DNA from: Bigelowiella natans CCMP2755
Lineage: Eukaryota > Protista > Cercozoa
NCBI GenBank assembly: GCA_000320545.1
Contig: ADNK01000503.1
Coordinates: forward strand, 189,557 to 253,556
Direction of reading: 5' to 3'
Length of the DNA: 64,000 nucleotides
Below, piece after piece: positions 41,557 through 54,400 of this stretch. Position 1 is the stretch's first letter. Each line of letters begins with the position of its first letter. A program made the position numbers and the translations under genes. The notes beneath the pieces are model-generated. The model ran no database searches and had not been told where the DNA came from. It was given only the letters and a program-made list of their open reading frames with translations.

Positions 41557-42846
41557 GATCCACTTAGACTCTATGTTGTTGTCGTCGTCGTCGTCGTATC
41601 ATCGCTTGATTCTTCTAAATAAATCAGGGGAGGGGCACAGTAGACTCTGGACATTTGTGTTTAGAAGGTTCTTCCTCTTCTTCTTCTTCTTCTACTACTA
41701 CTACTACTTCTACTGCGTGCCACCAACAGCATCATACATACGTAGTCATCACTTATCGCGAAAGAGTCATCAGCTTTGGTTTGAGGAGAAAATAATACTA
41801 CACCTAGTGGTGTTCCTCCCCCCCCCTCTTCTTCTTCTTTTTCTTCTTCTTCTTTTCCTTCTTATTCCTTTTCCTCTCCTCCTCCTCCTCCTCCTTGTTC
41901 TGCTTACTAGCGGCTTTGTGAAATAAATCATTTTGGTTTTTCCTTATTATCAGGAAGAAATGAAGTGATCATTCTCCGAGATCTATCCAATACAAACAAG
42001 GTATTAAATAGAATTAATATCAGTTGTTGTAGTAGAAGTAGTAGTAGTAGCATTGCATATGACATTATCATTCATGCATCATCCTTTTTATTTTTCAAAA
42101 TTCGTTGTTCTTTGCTGCGGGGATTGCCTCTGTACCACCCTCCCCGCAGACACAAAATAGAATCACACAACATATAATGTAAATTTGTCGTATCTGTGTG
42201 TTTCAGTGTCGTAATTCACTCAATATATACATTTATGCACACACACACACCACACACACACACATATATTCATTTTTATCTTCGTAATTGTTATTATCAT
42301 CATCTTATTCCTTATAATACATTCTCCATCCTAAAGGAGATCGCAATCAATATATTGAGAAGCAATCGAGATACGGATTTACACCGGTCAAGATCAAATC
42401 ATTGATTGATTGATTGATTGATAATAATAACCAAGTTTGTTTTTCGGTGATTATAAGCACACACTCTCCCTTGCCTTTGTCCCATCATAATCATATTTGA
42501 CGATACACTATTTACTGAGGCACTACTGTGACTTGTTCTTAGTTTACCGCATGATAGTATCAAAAAGGGGAAGAGAGCGCCTCTTTGGCCAAGTAACGAC
42601 AAAATACAAAGGTATGGTAGGTGTTGTTGGACGCACACACAAATACACACAATCATTATTATCAGATAGGTAGCAGCAGTTAGTAGGTTTTGCAACTCAT
42701 ATGTCCTCCTCCTTCTCCTCCTCCTCCTCCTTCTTCTTTGTCCTTCTTTCCTCCTTCCTCTCTTTTTCTGGTGATGTTGTTGTTATCTCATCCTTTTTCC
42801 GTTTTATATTGTCGTTGTTGTTGTTGTTGCTATTGGTGGTATTCCT

Positions 42847-42880
<34 letters not shown>

Positions 42881-45800
42881 CGAGAATAGACTACGAGAAA
42901 TTGGTGCATCACCTAGTGTATTCATCTTGCATCCAGGCGACTACGTGCATATTAATCGAGTGAGTTGTGATTGCTGCTGTTAGTTGATAGTAGCAGCAAA
43001 CCACAATCATAGCGAGCGTACATAGACAGTCAAATACTCAAGATAGATGGGGGCTTTGTTGTTGTTGTTTTGTTGTATTTTATTTCTTATTTGAATGAAT
43101 GGATTGATGTTTTTCACATCTTTCTACTTGTTTTCAAATGTTTGTTGGTGATGTGAATATCTGCTCATAATAAATGCATGCTGCCCTTCTATTACTACTA
43201 CTACTACTGCTACCACTGCTACCACTGCATAGGGGCGGTTACATGCATTCCGAAAAGTAGGAGACTATGAAGGAAGAACAACGACCACGACGACGTCAAA
43301 TGAGAACGATGAGAATAGTAAAACTAACAAAATGGGGAAGCGTCGAGGGGGTGATGACACTGGGCACGATAAAGAATCTACAAATAGGTATGGTGCTGTA
43401 GAGAAGAAGAAGATGATGATGATGATGATGATAGTGATGACGATGATGGTGATAATAGCGGCAAGAAATACTAAGGTTTCCTTTCTTCTTTTTCTTCTAT
43501 TCCTTACTGCAATCTATGTTGCTGCTACTACACCATCCAAGTTGTCCATCGTCATCATCATCTTCGTCGTCATCATCATCGTCATCATCGTCATCATCAT
43601 CACCACTTCGTCGTCCAAATCACCAAAATCAACATCACCGTCAACGTCATCATCATCATCATCATCATCATCACTTCTGCTTGAGTGTGGCTTGGGACTG
43701 GATCTTTGAGGGAGCCACAGCTAAGATGATTGAGAAAGATACCGAGAAGGCGCTCACAAATGCAAGATATAATCAGAGAGAGAAGTACGTACGACTAACT
43801 AGCTTGTGCAATAACAAGTTAGTAGGAGTAGTAGTATGCGTGGTAGTGGTAGGTAGATAGGAACAAAAGGAAGAGGAAGAGGAGGAATAAAAAGAGAGTA
43901 AGATGAAGAGGAATCACTGCGAACAAGCGTTACGTGAATTTTCTTATTGTTTTTGTTATTGTTGTTATCATTGTTGTTTCTGTGAGTCACTGCAACATGA
44001 TGATGACAATGATGATGGAGGTAGTGATGATGATGATGATATTTTCTTATGTGCTTGTGTATGTGTGTGTGTGTGGTATTGAACTTAGAAAAAGCTCTTT
44101 AGGAATTGTGAACACCTGCTCATTAAGGTGATAACAACAACAACAACAACAACAACAACGACATATATGTCATTTCTGCTGTTGCAAACCTAAGAAGGAG
44201 GAGGAGGAGGAGGGGAAAAGGGGGGGAGGAGGGAAGGGGAGGCGGGTTGAGAAGGAGAATTAGAATGTCGAAGTTCCTTTCATCACTATCGTTGATACTG
44301 CATACACTTTTTTCTTCTGATTTTTCTCTAATCGGTATTGATCACTACTGAACATCATAAATACGTTACCACTACTACTACTACTACTGCTCCTCTACAT
44401 GATAATAATTCAGGGCTATTCAAGGAATCGTGGCCGATTTAACGGATGATGCAAACGAGAATTCTCATGAGCATGAATATGATGATCATGATGACAATAT
44501 CGACGACAACAAGGATATAAGAGCGGAACATCTTCAAAGGTGGTTCTTGTTGTTGGCCTTGGATAAGTCGTCAATATCCATCTATAAAATATTGACTTAT
44601 GTTCATAACTTAGAGACGAGGGAAGAGATCTCAAAATAATGCTCGTCGATGATATGATGATGAAGCAACATATGATGCCTGTGTTGTCCTTCTCCTCCCT
44701 TCCCCCTCCCCCCCTCTCTCTCTCTCTCCTCCCCTTACTTCCTCCTGTTGTTGCAGGAGATCATCATTATATAATGAGAAGATGATGATATCTGGAGGGG
44801 AACAAGATGAAGAAGATAACGGAAGACAAGACAAAAATATGGAAATCTTACGGTGAAAAACAAACTACTTGTAATTGCTGATGTCGTTGTGCTACTGCTG
44901 CTGCAGCTGATAATGATGATGATGAGGATGATGAGATATATAGAGATTCTTTGCGACGGGGTCCTTTCTTGATACTGATCACACCTTTCTTAATTACTAT
45001 TCAGGGGTTTATATCCCATTTTTAAGACGATGGTTAAGAAGCATATGCCCTACTGTGTGCAAGGAGACCAAAACCAGAAGAATAAACAACACCAACAACT
45101 GCATATACTCAAGAAACAAAAAGAAAGTACGATATCAACCACAAAAACACAACATCAACAACGACAACAGCAACAACAACAACGAGAACGGAGAAGAGTT
45201 TCAGCGAAAGCATTTCTCTCGTGGTGATGATACGTGACGATGATACTATTGGTTATCATGAATTCTTGTTTGATTTACTACAGCAGCAGCACAAGAGAAC
45301 AAGATTACAAAGATGAAAAAGAAAAAGAAGAAAACAAATACAAAGACAACAACATCATATGATGCTGAAAAGGAGCAGAGTGGAACGGACATCAATGGCA
45401 TAAAAAATGACAAGAACAACAACATCAACAACAACAACAACAAGAAGAGAATCAGACAAGCACCCTCCTCGTTGCATACTATTGTTCCTTCTGCTTTAAG
45501 TGGTGATAAAAAGAGAAAAAGAAACAGAAGGAGAGCAGCAAAATAAACTAGAAAGAATGAAAGAAAGAACAATATAACATAGATGGTAGATAGAGAGGAA
45601 ATAGGAATAATCTCCAGGGAAGGATGGATGTATGATGATTGCTGCTGATGATGATCATTCCGAATCTGCTTGTGAGTGCTAGGTCCTGTATAAGAGAGAA
45701 GCAGTCACGAGTATGATGATGATGAGCGTCATTGATAGTAATTAGTTTATGTATCCATAGGTGGTGGTGGTAATGATACGAGCACGGCTAGGAGGTACCG

Positions 45801-46094
45801 TCGTAGGTGTCGTTGTCGTGGTGATCGTCGCAGCCGCCATTGTCGGCGATGTGTGCTCTCTGGTGGGAAAAAACGCAGCAGCCTCGATCACAGTAGCAGC
45901 AGGACAACGGCAAGTAGTATTAGCAATGCAGCTATCCATGTGCTGCACGATGATAAGAATATTACTGGTGACACTAAAAGTGGTAGCAGTGATAGTAGTG
46001 GTAGTAATGGTAGTGGTAGTATCGATGGTAGCAACAGCAAGGGGAAGCATTGTAATATTCCGAGGATGATGACAGGTATTAGTAGTATTAGTAT

Positions 46095-46129
<35 letters not shown>

Positions 46130-46994
46130 AGGAAGAAAGTAGTAGCATCAACAATACCAACGAAGAAAGCAGCAGCGTGGCTGTAACCACCATCGGCAAG
46201 GACAGTGGACTTAATAATAATAATGTGGATCTATCATCTTCAACTATCAACAAGGGCAGTGGTGCTAATAATATGGATCCATCATCATCATCATCATCAT
46301 CATTACTACAACTCCCCTTGGTAAGTATGAATCTTCTACTAATGCCGCTGCTGCTGCTGCTGATGATGATGATAGAGAGTAAAGTGTAAACATTAGTACG
46401 TAGCTGACGATGACACAACGTCAGCGTTTATCTTCCCGCGTGGAGTGAATCATACTAGCCCATTACGTTGCCTTTCTTAGTCTTCTTCTTCATCATCATC
46501 GTCTTCTTCTTCTTCTCCTTCTTCTCCTTCTATTGCTACTGCTGCTGCTACTACTACTACTACTACTACTACAACTACTAAATTGTGATTTTATACAACA
46601 ATATTCCGTGGTTTCATTCAAGCAGCAGGGGGAGGAGGAAAAGATAAATGTTGATGATGAGTTAACCATTGCATCATTCCAGAACGTTTCCAAGGACTGT
46701 GTTGGTAGTTGCTGTAGTAGAAGCAGCTAAATAGAGACTATCTATCTACATATCTATCTACCTACTAAGGGGAAGAGAAGGAGGAGGAGGTCATGGAGGA
46801 CCCATTCATCATCACACATTCTCTTCTTCATTATTATCATCATCATCATGATACGTGTCCTCCTCCTTCCCACTATGTGATAGTTGTCGATACTAGTGTT
46901 CCTCCAGAAGTGCGAACAATCGATCCTTATGGTAAGCAGCTAGGTAGATAGGTACAACCTGTAACAGTACTATGTGAGGGCCAACAATTCGTAC

Positions 46995-47027
<33 letters not shown>

Positions 47028-48684
47028 CCCAAGAATTAGAACAGAAATAGGGCAGCTAATTACCTACAACATACACACACTTTAGTAAATAATGAGAATG
47101 CTTACATAAACATACATATATTCACACACAAATCGATGAATCATGTGTAGGTATCGAGGGATTCGAATGTTCCATCTGTCGGAGCGAGTTATACAACATG
47201 TAAGTACGGCGGCTACTGTGTTAATGGAGATGGATGATAAGTAAACATATCAAAAGTATAATCTTTTGTATGTGTACTGAATATAGATTACTATCATAAA
47301 TATGGACTTCCTCCTACTATCTATTTATTTTATAAAATACTATTTGTTTCTCATGATATGTTGATAAGATTTAAGATATTTTTATCTATCTATGTTGTTT
47401 ATATCACTGATTACTGCATTTTGCTGTTAATGATGAAGGTATTTGCACTGCTTGGGATGTGAAAAGCTTCTAAGGTAGCATTGTTTTCCAGCATATTTTG
47501 ACTCAAAACGCGAGGCTGCTTAAAAGAGATTATTGATTTTTGTCATTGGTCAAGAGACATTATGTTGTTTGATGTAATCGTGGTCTCTGTCGGTTCATAA
47601 GTCTCATTAATATTTTATGTTGGAAATGTATGATGATGGTGATAATGGTGATGATGATTATTGAACATGATAGAAATTAGCCACCGAAAAATGTTCATAA
47701 AGCATAAATGCGACATAAGAACAAGGAGCAAAATCAACCTACACGTCTTTCAATACGTAGACGTGATTGGAACATTTGCCAGGAATGCTACAAACAAGGG
47801 GTGCTGCTCATACCGAACTGATTATTGCGATGATAGAGTCTATAATAATAGGACATAGATGTCGTCGTCGCATATCATTGCACATATATTAGCTTTGAAA
47901 ATGATGAGATGATTTCTTTTCCCCATGTTATTGCATGTTAAGTTGTTATTTAACCACATTATCATCACTACAACTATCCAATTCAGCACGTCATCATCAT
48001 CATCATCATCATCATCATTATCATATCTCACAGAAAGGAAGAACAAACGAGGCCAAATCATCCTATCATGGTATCTTATCATCATCATTATGTCCTGCTA
48101 GTACTACCCCTTTGTCTATGAGCTGCTGTATAGCAACTTGCAATGTGCTACTGGATACTCATGATAATCGTCAGCTACATGTTCGATGTATTGTTACTTG
48201 GTACTAGTTATGTGCTCTTCTATGCAGTGTTGGATCAGATATCTTGAGCAGCAGCGGTAGCAGTAGCAGCACCGCATTGCGACATATTACATACGTATGT
48301 TTACCACCCTCGTACAATAATTGTTACTTATCGTTCATTCGGTTATCGTTCATTCGGTTACCAGCTCATCCTTTCTTTCCTGTCTTACTGTTCACCTCTC
48401 TCTTTTTGATTTGACACTCACGTCTATGTTTTAGCGTTAAAATGTTATTTTTACCTCTCCACTCCTTTACTATCCCAGGACATCGCGCCGACATTAGGAA
48501 GCAATATCCAACGTGCAAATGCGGGATGATGGCGTGTGCAGTCTGTGCTCATTGTATAAGGTGTTATCTTTCAAAAAAAAGAATTAATTTTTCTAATCTG
48601 TATTCTTAATTGTCGCATTTCATTCATAATCTTTGCAGATGCTCTTGTGCATGCCATACAGAATTTCAGCGAAGATTCCGGTAG
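33730..48684 (+). CDS. Large JmjC-domain protein with C-terminal Cys-rich zinc fingers (putative demethylase/hydroxylase); 5' boundary uncertain, could be two genes
   Basis: GPNIYLSPPGTYTWFHQD|GRGTVDSGHLCLEG|RNEVIILR; SVFILHPGDYVHINR|GRLHAFRK; CLSVAWDW; FECSICRSELYNM|YLHCLGCEKLL; CKCGMMACAVCAHCIR|CSCACH. Confidence 0.8.
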
Positions 48685-48889
48685 TGTTCTCTTTTGCTTT
48701 CTTGTAGATTTTTTAATTTTCGATGAGATTTTTGTGGGCAATGGAGTGGGACCGAATTAATGATGAAAATGCGTAGGTTCATTTCGCCGGTTGAGTTATG
48801 TGAGTTGAGGCAGAAAGTTGATCGAATCCTACTGCCTGTCCAGCAAGACGCACAAACTTCTTCTAGCACATAGATGAGAAAGAGAAGAA

Positions 48890-49582
48890 GGTTTACATGT
48901 CAATGTCTAGATGTTTTGTTCAAAGGGCGGGACATAGTATCAATCGTCAAACCTGTCTAGCTGTGTGTACACGCCATTGCATGTTTGAAATGCGTCACAT
49001 GTTCGAAATGTGTGAAATTCGTGCATCTCTAGATTTTGCTTCTAATCTCATCAACTCTGTTCGAGCTGCAGAATTCAAATGCGCGCATGCGTCGCAAGAA
49101 TTGTACAAACATGCCACAAAGAAAGTGAACAGAGTTGAATGAACAGAGCTGTTCGAATGTTATCCAAATTTTTTGATTTGTTGAGTTGCCATCAACCTGT
49201 GTCCAGAGGGTTCTGATGGGTGGACAGATCAAAACTGCGCTCAAGCTAGCAAGGTCTAGATGACACTAGAAGATGCCGTCTAGGTGCACGTCTAGACGTG
49301 CACTTGCGCATGCAGTGACATTGCGCAGAAGTCACGATGCTGTCGCGTGCGTGGTGTTGTTGCACCCAGCTAGCTGGACGTGCGTTTGCACAGACACCTG
49401 GACACTTCTGCCCAGCCGGCTGCGCTGTCCACTGTCATGAACAACTCAGTGGGTGTGGCACGCAGTGGAAATCGATCATGACAAGCAACAATGCATGCAC
49501 TGACGAGAGATTCTTGCTTTGCATTTTTCCCGACTCTCGCGACAGGTGCACACTTCTGGACTTGCTTGTTTCCTGTCTTCAC

Positions 49583-49613
<31 letters not shown>

Positions 49614-50350
49614 CCTCGCTCGCTCTTGTTCATCAACGCCAACTTGCTAAACTGCATCATGGGGCAAAGGCTCACCAAAGTGCAAAAGTGCGGCTTCCCA
49701 AATCAACACCAGCAAGCATGGAATCGTCACACTGATCATCGTTCATTGCAGCACCAACACGTCTCCTCTCCAAATCATGTCGCAGACTTTATTTTCACCT
49801 TTTGACACTCCTGATTTCCGCAAATTTTGCTTGTCTCAAGCAACATGGGCAAGGCAAATTGGAAGCAGCCCTGAAAACGAATGCAATCACACCTGGCGAC
49901 AACGATGACATGGAAAGAACAGCAGGAAGAAGTCATCTTCTACTCCTAAACCCCGCCAAAAATTCAAACACCGAAACACGAAACTGAATCGAACGCTATC
50001 ACCTCAACCAACCACAGCATCATGAAGGTGGATTAACAAATCAATGATGGTTCTCAAAATGGTGATTTGAGGTTCAACTAATTTCAAGGTGAAGAATCTG
50101 CTGGACCAATTGGCCAAGCTAGCATCACCTAGAAATTGGGAGCGGCTTGAGCTTTTCTTGTCCAAGAACACTTTTGATGAAGATTTCGATGAATGCAGTG
50201 GGAAAACCCTCATTGAAGTTGCATTGAAAGTATGACAATACCATTACCTTTCTTGCACGATTCATTCTCTCTGTGATGACAAAAAATGAATTAGGAACTT
50301 GACACAAATAAATGTCGAAATCTTTCAAGAATTGCTTCGATCATGGAGCA
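48890..50350. other. TpA-depleted, CTAG-retaining zone overlapping the 5' end of the SYCP2-like gene
   Basis: 3 TA in 49321-49920 by manual count. All 5 TA in 49201-49320 are in CTAG. CpG is abundant. Confidence 0.85.
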
Positions 50351-53300
50351 TTTCGGAGATGCCATCGGTAACATTGTGATCCTCCTCGATGATTTAAAGT
50401 TATCACGTTACCCATCCGAACAGAAAACAGCTCTGTAGAAGAAAATCTCATTGATAGTCCAGTAATCGTTGCGGGCATGGCCAACTTCTGTTGCAGACTT
50501 ACGGAGATGTGTGCTGCATCGTTTAATGGAGGCGAAATACCAGATGAATACGTAAGGCTTGTACAGTTACTTTTATGTGGAACATGTGATGTTGAATTAA
50601 ATAAAATGATCTAATTGCAGGGAATTTGCTGGGATGCCATCATGTGCTATAAGGAAGCTGTGTTGAATTCAAATAATGTGAAAGTCATAGCTTCATCCAT
50701 CGAAAACTTCTCTGGAGTTTTCGTGTCGACTTTTCTCGAAGAAAAACTGGGAATTCATCACCGAATGGAGGCTGCAGCAGAGCTTTGCAACCTCATCAAG
50801 AAGCTGAAAGTGGTTCAAGATGCGAAGATCAGAAAAGGGATCAAATTTTCAAAAGTTATCTTAAATCTGTAAGTACTTATTTGCATCTACTTTCAAATGT
50901 TCAACCTTTACTGGATAATCAATTGTGTACAGGGGGAAAATTTCTTTGGCAATACTAAAAGCAGAAGATTTTCAACTCCAATTATCAATTTTAAAGACAG
51001 TAATAGGCTTTTCAATTCGGTAATGTTGTAATGTTGTAATGTTGTAATTTTTCTCAACGAAACGGTTGTGACAGAATGACTTTGGTTCATTTCATGAGCA
51101 TGTCCAATCGAAACATTTACTGGATAGGTGTAAGGACATTCGAGAGAAAATTATTCGCAAATTCTGTGAAGGTCTTTCCGAGTTTACGCCATGCAGCGAG
51201 TGGGAAAAACATTAAAACTAGACTTGAAAATGTCTTTAAACATTGGCTCGATTTTAGAATGATCAAGAAGTTCAAGCTTGAATTTATCAAGTCTGAAAGA
51301 CCTTTAAAAATCTTCTTTCACGCCTGCAACTTTCTATCATACTTGAACTCTAAAGAAGAGCAAAGGAGGTGTAATTAATACATGATTCTATATCATATGC
51401 GCTGCAGAGTCACTATTTGCTCAGTTCAGTAATATCGCGTACGGTTGAGATAGTGACAATTGGTCCCGAAATTTTCATGCCTGGAGCGATTTTAAATTTC
51501 TCCACAGACTCTTTCGTTGTGCAATGGGTAATATAAGTTTCATTAAATTTGCTTTGAGTATGTGAGTATTAGCATGGTGATATGCAGAGGAGAGGAAATG
51601 ATATTCTAGAATCTACTCCAATACTCAACAAGCCAGACGGGAACATTTTGATCAAAATCACCTCTAAAGATATTACCTCCATAGAATGTACAGTTGATGC
51701 TCATATTTTAAATGTTCCGCGATGACTTCCATTCATTGTCTCTTTTTATTGCCCTCTAACATTCCCAAAATTTTGGCCTCATGAAGATAAATGTATGAAA
51801 CTAAAGTAAATTGAATTCTTTTAGCCCTCGCTTCAAAAAATATACTTCGCGTCGAAGCTAGGAGTGACATCTCTCAATACGTCATTTACGGTCCGAAGTC
51901 TGGCAAAGGTCCATATATGGAAATCAAGACCAAAGAAAATAACTTCTGCTCCATAGAATCATTTCTAAAGAAGGTGAATATTCGAGCATTTAATAGGAAG
52001 ACTGGACCTAGACGTCAATCTATCGCTACAACCTTTGAGTACGACGCAACAATGCATTCCAAGGTGGAGGAGCTTGATGTCGATACAAATCCAGCAAATG
52101 ATGGCAACAAACGTGAAACTGAACTAGGGATGAATGCTTCTTTAAAGAAAAAGACTGAAATCTTGTCACACAGAAAAGTTAAAAAGAAGATTGATAACGA
52201 TTTTTCTGGGATGAAATTATCGACCTTAAAGAGTAGCGGTTCAACGAAGGATGCTTGCAGGAAAAGGAGCAGAAACGGTAAATCTGCAAAGAAGAAAGTT
52301 AATGTTAAATATCAACGTTCAGCTAGAAAATCTAAAAACATTGGAACTGAACGGAAAGAATTTGAATCTGGCCCTCGACGAACTTCGAAGCGACTGCGCA
52401 ACAAAAAAGCAATGTCATATGCTGATCCAGAATCAGATGAAGATGATACAAAGGTTAGGAAGAATAACCATATGCATCTTGAGGAGGGAAAAGTAACTGT
52501 TCAAGGAATGAAGACATTGTCCAAAAGTGAAGAGGAAATCGAAGCACTGCCATTGTCTCAATCGACCAACCTGTCCAATACAACTATCAAACCTCAACTT
52601 GGGGTCACTGAAAGGCAAGCCTTGTCTAAGACTTCAGCCTTAAAGAATGCGAGCTTAGAGGAGAAGGAATCAAAAGGAAATCCCTTTGTTGTGCCTAAAA
52701 GGGTAGTCATCTCGGATAAACTAACCCCGTCTCGACAACTCCGAGCTGATGCTTCTGTTCTCTGTACTACAAATTTGATGAGCCCTGAGACTTCTGGTTT
52801 CCAATCGTCAATTTCAATGAACCCATCAACTCGCCAATCAACGCCAACTCAAATACCACTTGAAGCAACTGTTGAATTTTTCACCCCCAAGGTCATCCAG
52901 GACCCATTAAAACGTTCACACACCTTAAAGTTATTCAAAAACACTGAGGCAACTGAAACATCTTCACTTGGATGGCAAATTCAGAGCATTGGTGAACGTA
53001 TCTCTGAAAAGAGGCAAAACCAACTACGAATACGCCTCAGTACGTCACTGCTTCAATTGAAAAAAGAAAAAGCTGAATTCATCTCTATTGCTGATAAAAG
53101 TACACGAAAGGACAAATTGAACTGTCTTCAAGAACAAATAAACCAGTCAATTCAAAAACTAAAGAATAAATTCAATCTGGCAGAAGCTGCGAAGCAACGA
53201 TATTACCAAGAACTAGCTAGCATCAAGGTTGCAATAACTTAATCTGTAGTCACCAAGAGTCATATTTAAAACATTGTATTAAACATCCAACTTTGTGTTC

Positions 53301-53536
53301 TTCAGGCTAACATGGAAAGTCAGTTCGAGGTTTTTCTTGAAGAACAGTCCAATTCGGATACCATGACAGGATTACAAGAGAACTACAAAATCTTACTTTC
53401 TAAATTTAAAAAATTCGCAGATCAATTGAAATGTTCCTTTACGAGATCAAAAAAAAAAAACGATTGTGATTCTTCCGAGTATGATCGTTCAACAATCTCA
53501 AAATTCCAAAGGTTTTTGTCACAGCTAAACGATTAG
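49659..53536 (+). CDS. SYCP2/Red1/Rec10-like meiotic axis protein (ARM-like + PH-like + disordered + coiled coil); start uncertain
   Basis: LGKISLAILKAEDFQLQLSILKTVIRLF; EMIKKFK..FHACNFLSYLNS; SVISRTVEIVTIGPEIFMPGAILNFSTDSFVVQW, recalling the SYCP2 N-terminal blocks (..ILDAGDYDLQV.., ..CRIFLNLVN.., ..WIDFN..). Followed by RRQSIA, a long K/S-rich linker and a C-terminal coiled coil. Confidence 0.6.
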
Positions 53537-53559
53537 TGTCGAAGCAATGAAGCATGAAT

Positions 53560-54400
53560 TTGTTGTGGCAAAAGACGCCTAGTCGTGTGGGAGAATGATG
53601 GGACCCATGTACTCATGATCACATGAAAACAAGCAGTGTGCATGATGTTGTGCGCGGCGTGTGTGGCGCGTGATGTGGGTGCATCTGGTCGATCATGATG
53701 GAACTAGAAGTGTGCTTGCGTTGTTGCTAGCTAGCTAGCTAGCTCGTTGCAGCGTGCGGTGCATGTGTGTCTGTGAACCTTTCCCGCATGCATGTCTAGA
53801 TGCTTGTGTGCGTGTGTGTTCAAAACACGTTGCCACGCAGCAGCTAGAAAGGCATGTGCTACATCAGACGGGAGACTGCAAAGATTGATCTCATCAACAG
53901 TCAAATCTGGAAATTCATGTGTGCCGGCTAGCCGGGTGCAGCTGCACTGCATGCTGGTCAACCACACAGCGGTGCATGCTGGCATGACATGATTGATGAC
54001 AGCGACGCAATGCATCTACTCCAACTAGGAATCTCCACTTGGCATTGATTGACACAAGTGTGAGACAGATCTAGCTAGCTAGAGATGCAATGAAGTGTCC
54101 TAACATTTTGCAAGCACCACATGCTAGCTAGCATGCACATTGATCTCAAACAGCGTCAATTGAAGCTGTGCATTCCAGCATTTCATGGATCCTAGGGATC
54201 GACATGTTGGCGCTAAGGTTGCGCATGCGGCGGTGACCGTGCAAAATCTGTTAGAGACACGTGTAAATACTGAATGTGCATGCACTTTGTCTCTTGCCTT
54301 GTGACACGTGCATGTGCTAAATGTGTGCTAGATTTGCACACTTTGTCTCTTACATCTGCAACAAATTCTGTCTCTATGTCTTGCTATAGCTTGCGCTGCA
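53560..54400. repeat. Heavily TpA-depleted copy of the dispersed repeat with (CTAG)n runs
   Basis: About 19 TA in 53581-54180, about 15 of them in CTAG. GTGTGAGACAGAT[CTAGCTAGCTAGA]GATGCAATGAAGTG matches 28844-28871, and TGCATCTACT matches the reverse complement of about 3927-3936. Confidence 0.7.

Noticed and set aside
48890-54400. Autonomous transposon carrying the 49.6-53.5 kb gene
   Set aside because: No transposase/RT motifs, no convincing matched TIRs or TSD, and the gene is intron-rich and resembles a host axis protein.
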